From the NCBI GenBank assembly GCA_043767805.1, contig JAYUGC010000184.1:1-48315 (forward strand): DNA of 48,315 nucleotides, read 5' to 3'. Positions 45,326-48,315 of the stretch are shown here, in pieces. The notes under the pieces were generated by a model that saw only the letters and a program-made list of their open reading frames with translations, was not told the origin of the DNA and did no database searches. Source of the DNA: Pseudomonadota bacterium (GTDB lineage Bacteria > Bdellovibrionota > FAC87 > UBA2466). Each line of letters opens with the position of its first letter. Positions within the stretch are counted from its first letter, which is position 1. The position numbers and the translations under genes are program-made.

Positions 45326-48315
45326 TCAGTAGGAAACGAGCCACATGTCGAAGACATTGCGCGGTCTACCGTCTTTCGTCCCAATGGTAGATCGTTGCCG
45401 GCTCATGTCACCGTAGGGCCCGTTTTTTTCGATCCGCTCCAGATAATCCAGATCGATCGATTTGATACCCACGTCTCCGAGGGTCTTCAACACGGAAGGG
45501 GTCGTGGGTTTGCCGTCCTTCGAATAGGCGAACCACACTCGCAACTTCGGAAAAATACCATCCAGGGAATCAATCGTTCCGTCCTGATTGAGGTCGTATT
45601 TTTTGAGTGCCTCAAAGCCATTGCTTGTCTTCTTACCGTCCGGCCCGACGGTGTTATTTCCGAACAGTTCATGGACGTCATTGATAATGCCATCTCCGTT
45701 CTTGTCATAGGCGAGGAAAACAGAATTATCCGGGTTACTCGGCCAAGAGTACATTTCCGCCGCGCCATTCCCTTCCAGATCAAAGCGCGTACCTGCATCA
45801 GGGCTAGTGAGTCTTATCTTCTCGTCATTTAGATCGATCATGAGCGGACTCTGAGGATCTACTTTCAAAATGCAGTCCTTATGCCAGCCCCCGCGGCCAT
45901 TTCCTCCGTTCAACTGATACGTGATGCCATTCTCAATCCAAACATCCGGGGGAGGACTCGGCTTCGGAACGACACAAGGAGTATTGGTCTGCCCTGTTTT
46001 CCCATATTCAATACTTTTGACGGGCGTGGAGCTCTTGGCGGGAATATAGAGCGCCCATCTTACAATGCCTTCACCCTTATTTCCCCTTGGACAGTCGTGA
46101 TCATTGCTAACCACCATTTTTATCCGGCAATCCTTTGGGGGGTCGCATTTCTTACGTGAGGCGTTGGCGCAGGTGCAAGGGGGATTGGGGCCCGAGCAAG
46201 GGTCGCATTTCTTGGGTGAGGCGTTGGCGCAGGTGCAAGGGGGATTGGGGCCCGAGCAAGGATCATTGTTTGAGCACCAGTTCCCGCAGCCAGAGGCTGG
46301 CGGAATGGGAGCCGGAACCCAAGTCGTGGTGCAGATTTGAGGGGGCGTGGTTCCGGCAGTCGTCGTACTTCCGAGCGGCGGCGTCGCTGAGGTGCAGGTG
46401 GTAACTGGGATAGGAGGAGGAGTCGGAAGTATCTTAATGGCAGTTCCACAGGAGCTAGCTCCTCCGGGGCCGTTGACATCGGCATGGGTCGACGCCGCTG
46501 ATTTATTCTGGTTAGCGACAGTAAGAGTCGTCTCTGGTAACCCGCGGCTGGTAAAAAGGGCTTGATCCCATATTGCCCTGTCAGGGTAGTCCACGGAATC
46601 TAATTGGAACGGGGCCGAGTAACCCGTGGTTATGGTGGCACATCCCGACATACAACAAGTGGGCACGGGGAAAACAATTGCCTTAACCTGGCTGATGGCT
46701 TCAGTGTGATCCTTATCCCAACAGGTGATCTTAAAATCCGTATCTGCATCAATGCCGGAGCCCATGAGCACATCGCCGGAGGGCGCATTAAGCAAATTGG
46801 AAGTGTAGGGGTTTTCAGGGGAAGCGTCGGCGTTGTCCGTGCTTACTATCTGGCAGCGCGGAGATGGAGATTTAAAACCTTGCGTCACATAGCGGAAAGA
46901 AAACGCCTTCGGATACGTGGGGTCTGTCTTCTTATTTGAAACGTGCGCAAGGCTCAATCTCGGATTATTGGGAATCACCGTAATTACAACCGACTTTTGC
47001 GCAAGGGAGCACGTCGTGCTCAAGGTTTTTCCTCCCTTAATCGCTAACGATACCGTTGCGCTAGTGAGGATTCTTCCGTCTGAAGGGGCGGTGATGGACC
47101 GCTCTTCGACCAGCTCATCCATGTTCGCCGGATCGACGTAACCCTTCATCCCTGCCTCGGAACGTTCCACTGGATTTGAAACTTCAATACCATCCCACTT
47201 TACCGAGTCGAATTCGCCGTAGGCATGCAATACCACCTGGGCTGGGGAGTTGGCAGGAACCTGGGAGGGCCCAGTCAAATAGCATCGGGGCGCGGGAGGT
47301 ATCGCCGCTCCGCAACTCTCGGTGTCGTGATAGGATTTGTAACTTTTGAAAGTTTCGCCCAGCCACTTGAGGGCCTCGTCGCTATTAAACTCAGAATTCT
47401 CGCTCTCGCGGGCAAAAATCGAGTTGAAAGCAAACGCCTCTACGTTTTCTAGCGGATACAACTGATTGGTGATGGTTCGATATAAGGCAATCGCTGAGGC
47501 CAAGTGATCGTCGTTAAGGGAAACATAAGCAAAAGCCGTCCCTTTAAGCGGCAGGTAGCCAGCGGGGGCGGTAGGTGAAATCGTTGTCAGGATATCCGTC
47601 TTGCCGCCCTTCACCCTAGAGTATTCGAATAGGGCCGTTTGTTGCTTTTGTTCAATCGGATAGACGTAGCCGAGCACCGTTTCTTGGGAAGAGCCGGCTC
47701 CAAGGACGGCATTTCGGCAGTCGGCATATTTCGAAATGAAATACACTTTTTTGCTCGGATGATGGCAGCTATAGAGGGGGACCATATTTGGCGCAAAAGA
47801 AAAACCAGAGAAGGCGCCGTAGATATAGAACTCGACACCGCCATAGGCAAATCCCTTAGCATACCCGTTGTCCTCCTTTGTCGTGTAATAGTGCGAGCCG
47901 TTTGCCTCATTGATGAACCGAAAGACCCGGGATGTCTTCATCGCGGAGGCAACCTCCGCAAATGTTTTGCCGCCTTTGAGCAAATTAGCGAGGAAAGCGG
48001 TCTCATTCGCGCTGTCGTCGGGCGGACGGGCGAAGTACATCTTATAGAGTTCCTTAACGACCTGATCTGCCGACCGTGAGATACGGGCTTGGGCCGCACT
48101 CGAGTTGCCGCCCAGCGCTGTCTGGACACGAAGAATATCCGCGCCAGTGTCAATACCGCGAACCTTTCCGGCCGCGAAAGGAAAGTTCTGCTTGTTATAG
48201 AAGCTGGCGTCTTCACTGGGCGTAGGTTCTTTGCCTGTGTAGTTGCGATAGATCATCGCGAGCGGCTCGGGATCATAGTCCTGGCACAGCCCACCAACGC
48301 GAGCGCGGATCGTTT
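45326..48315 (-). CDS. Large multidomain extracellular-type protein with a C-terminal FrpC-like self-processing module; 5' end beyond window
   Basis: Frame stays open from 48256 to the window edge; DUF4214-like (LY..YF.R.PD) and DUF5648-like segments, Ig-like/Cys-Pro repeats; SPLMIDL...FDL.GNG...W...LAYDKNGDGIIND..ELFGN...GF.AL..YD.NQDG.ID..D..F..LRVW. Confidence 0.85.
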   Translation of the reverse strand, partial: TIRARVGGLCQDYDPEPLAMIYRNYTGKEPTPSEDASFYNKQNFPFAAGKVRGIDTGADILRVQTALGGNSSAAQARISRSADQVVKELYKMYFARPPDDSANETAFLANLLKGGKTFAEVASAMKTSRVFRFINEANGSHYYTTKEDNGYAKGFAYGGVEFYIYGAFSGFSFAPNMVPLYSCHHPSKKVYFISKYADCRNAVLGAGSSQETVLGYVYPIEQKQQTALFEYSRVKGGKTDILTTISPTAPAGYLPLKGTAFAYVSLNDDHLASAIALYRTITNQLYPLENVEAFAFNSIFARESENSEFNSDEALKWLGETFKSYKSYHDTESCGAAIPPAPRCYLTGPSQVPANSPAQVVLHAYGEFDSVKWDGIEVSNPVERSEAGMKGYVDPANMDELVEERSITAPSDGRILTSATVSLAIKGGKTLSTTCSLAQKSVVITVIPNNPRLSLAHVSNKKTDPTYPKAFSFRYVTQGFKSPSPRCQIVSTDNADASPENPYTSNLLNAPSGDVLMGSGIDADTDFKITCWDKDHTEAISQVKAIVFPVPTCCMSGCATITTGYSAPFQLDSVDYPDRAIWDQALFTSRGLPETTLTVANQNKSAASTHADVNGPGGASSCGTAIKILPTPPPIPVTTCTSATPPLGSTTTAGTTPPQICTTTWVPAPIPPASGCGNWCSNNDPCSGPNPPCTCANASPKKCDPCSGPNPPCTCANASRKKCDPPKDCRIKMVVSNDHDCPRGNKGEGIVRWALYIPAKSSTPVKSIEYGKTGQTNTPCVVPKPSPPPDVWIENGITYQLNGGNGRGGWHKDCILKVDPQSPLMIDLNDEKIRLTSPDAGTRFDLEGNGAAEMYSWPSNPDNSVFLAYDKNGDGIINDVHELFGNNTVGPDGKKTSNGFEALKKYDLNQDGTIDSLDGIFPKLRVWFAYSKDGKPTTPSVLKTLGDVGIKSIDLDYLERIEKNGPYGDMSRQRSTIGTKDGRPRNVFDMWLVSY
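46141..46260. repeat. 60-bp tandem repeat (2 copies, 2 mismatches) encoding PCSGPNPPCTCANAS(P/R)KKCD
   Basis: 46141-46200 and 46201-46260 are nearly identical. Confidence 0.95.

Noticed and set aside
46141..46260. 60-bp repeats as a CRISPR array or DGR template/variable repeat
   Set aside because: Head-to-tail coding duplication without spacers; no cas or RT gene in the window

Overview
A GC-rich bacterial chromosomal segment. Gene content and promoter style suggest a deltaproteobacterial or Bdellovibrionota-like lineage (inference only). Most of it is housekeeping and envelope genes: a split PssD/PssE glycosyltransferase, GT2, lon, a peroxiredoxin, Rrf2-iscA, a gingipain-like C25 protease, mscL, MFS/EamA transporters, a Cfa-like methyltransferase, a GT-C/flippase/GT2/GT-C glycosylation operon, an AmmeMemoRadiSam enzyme, a coiled-coil/diguanylate cyclase/metallophosphoesterase operon, plsC-secA-(Zn-ribbon)-rsmD-coaD-aminotransferase, outer-membrane barrels and a tRNA-thiolase-pyrF-rlmB cluster. 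After about 43.9 kb there is a visibly more AT-rich accessory region with an IS66 remnant and a large extracellular-type protein ending in an FrpC-type self-processing module. I found no rRNA, tRNA or CRISPR array. The most unusual items are an orphan HicB-fold protein embedded in long disordered RGG/Q-rich tails, an EamA transporter fused to an intact PilZ domain, two unannotated highly structured intergenic RNA candidates (about 12.0-12.15 kb and 35.41-35.55 kb), a secreted Cys-His-Asp papain-fold candidate, a Cys-rich RPYWSAxEL repeat protein and a minimised, probably inactive DdpX/VanX-like protein. All family calls come from motif recognition by eye; no database searches were run.
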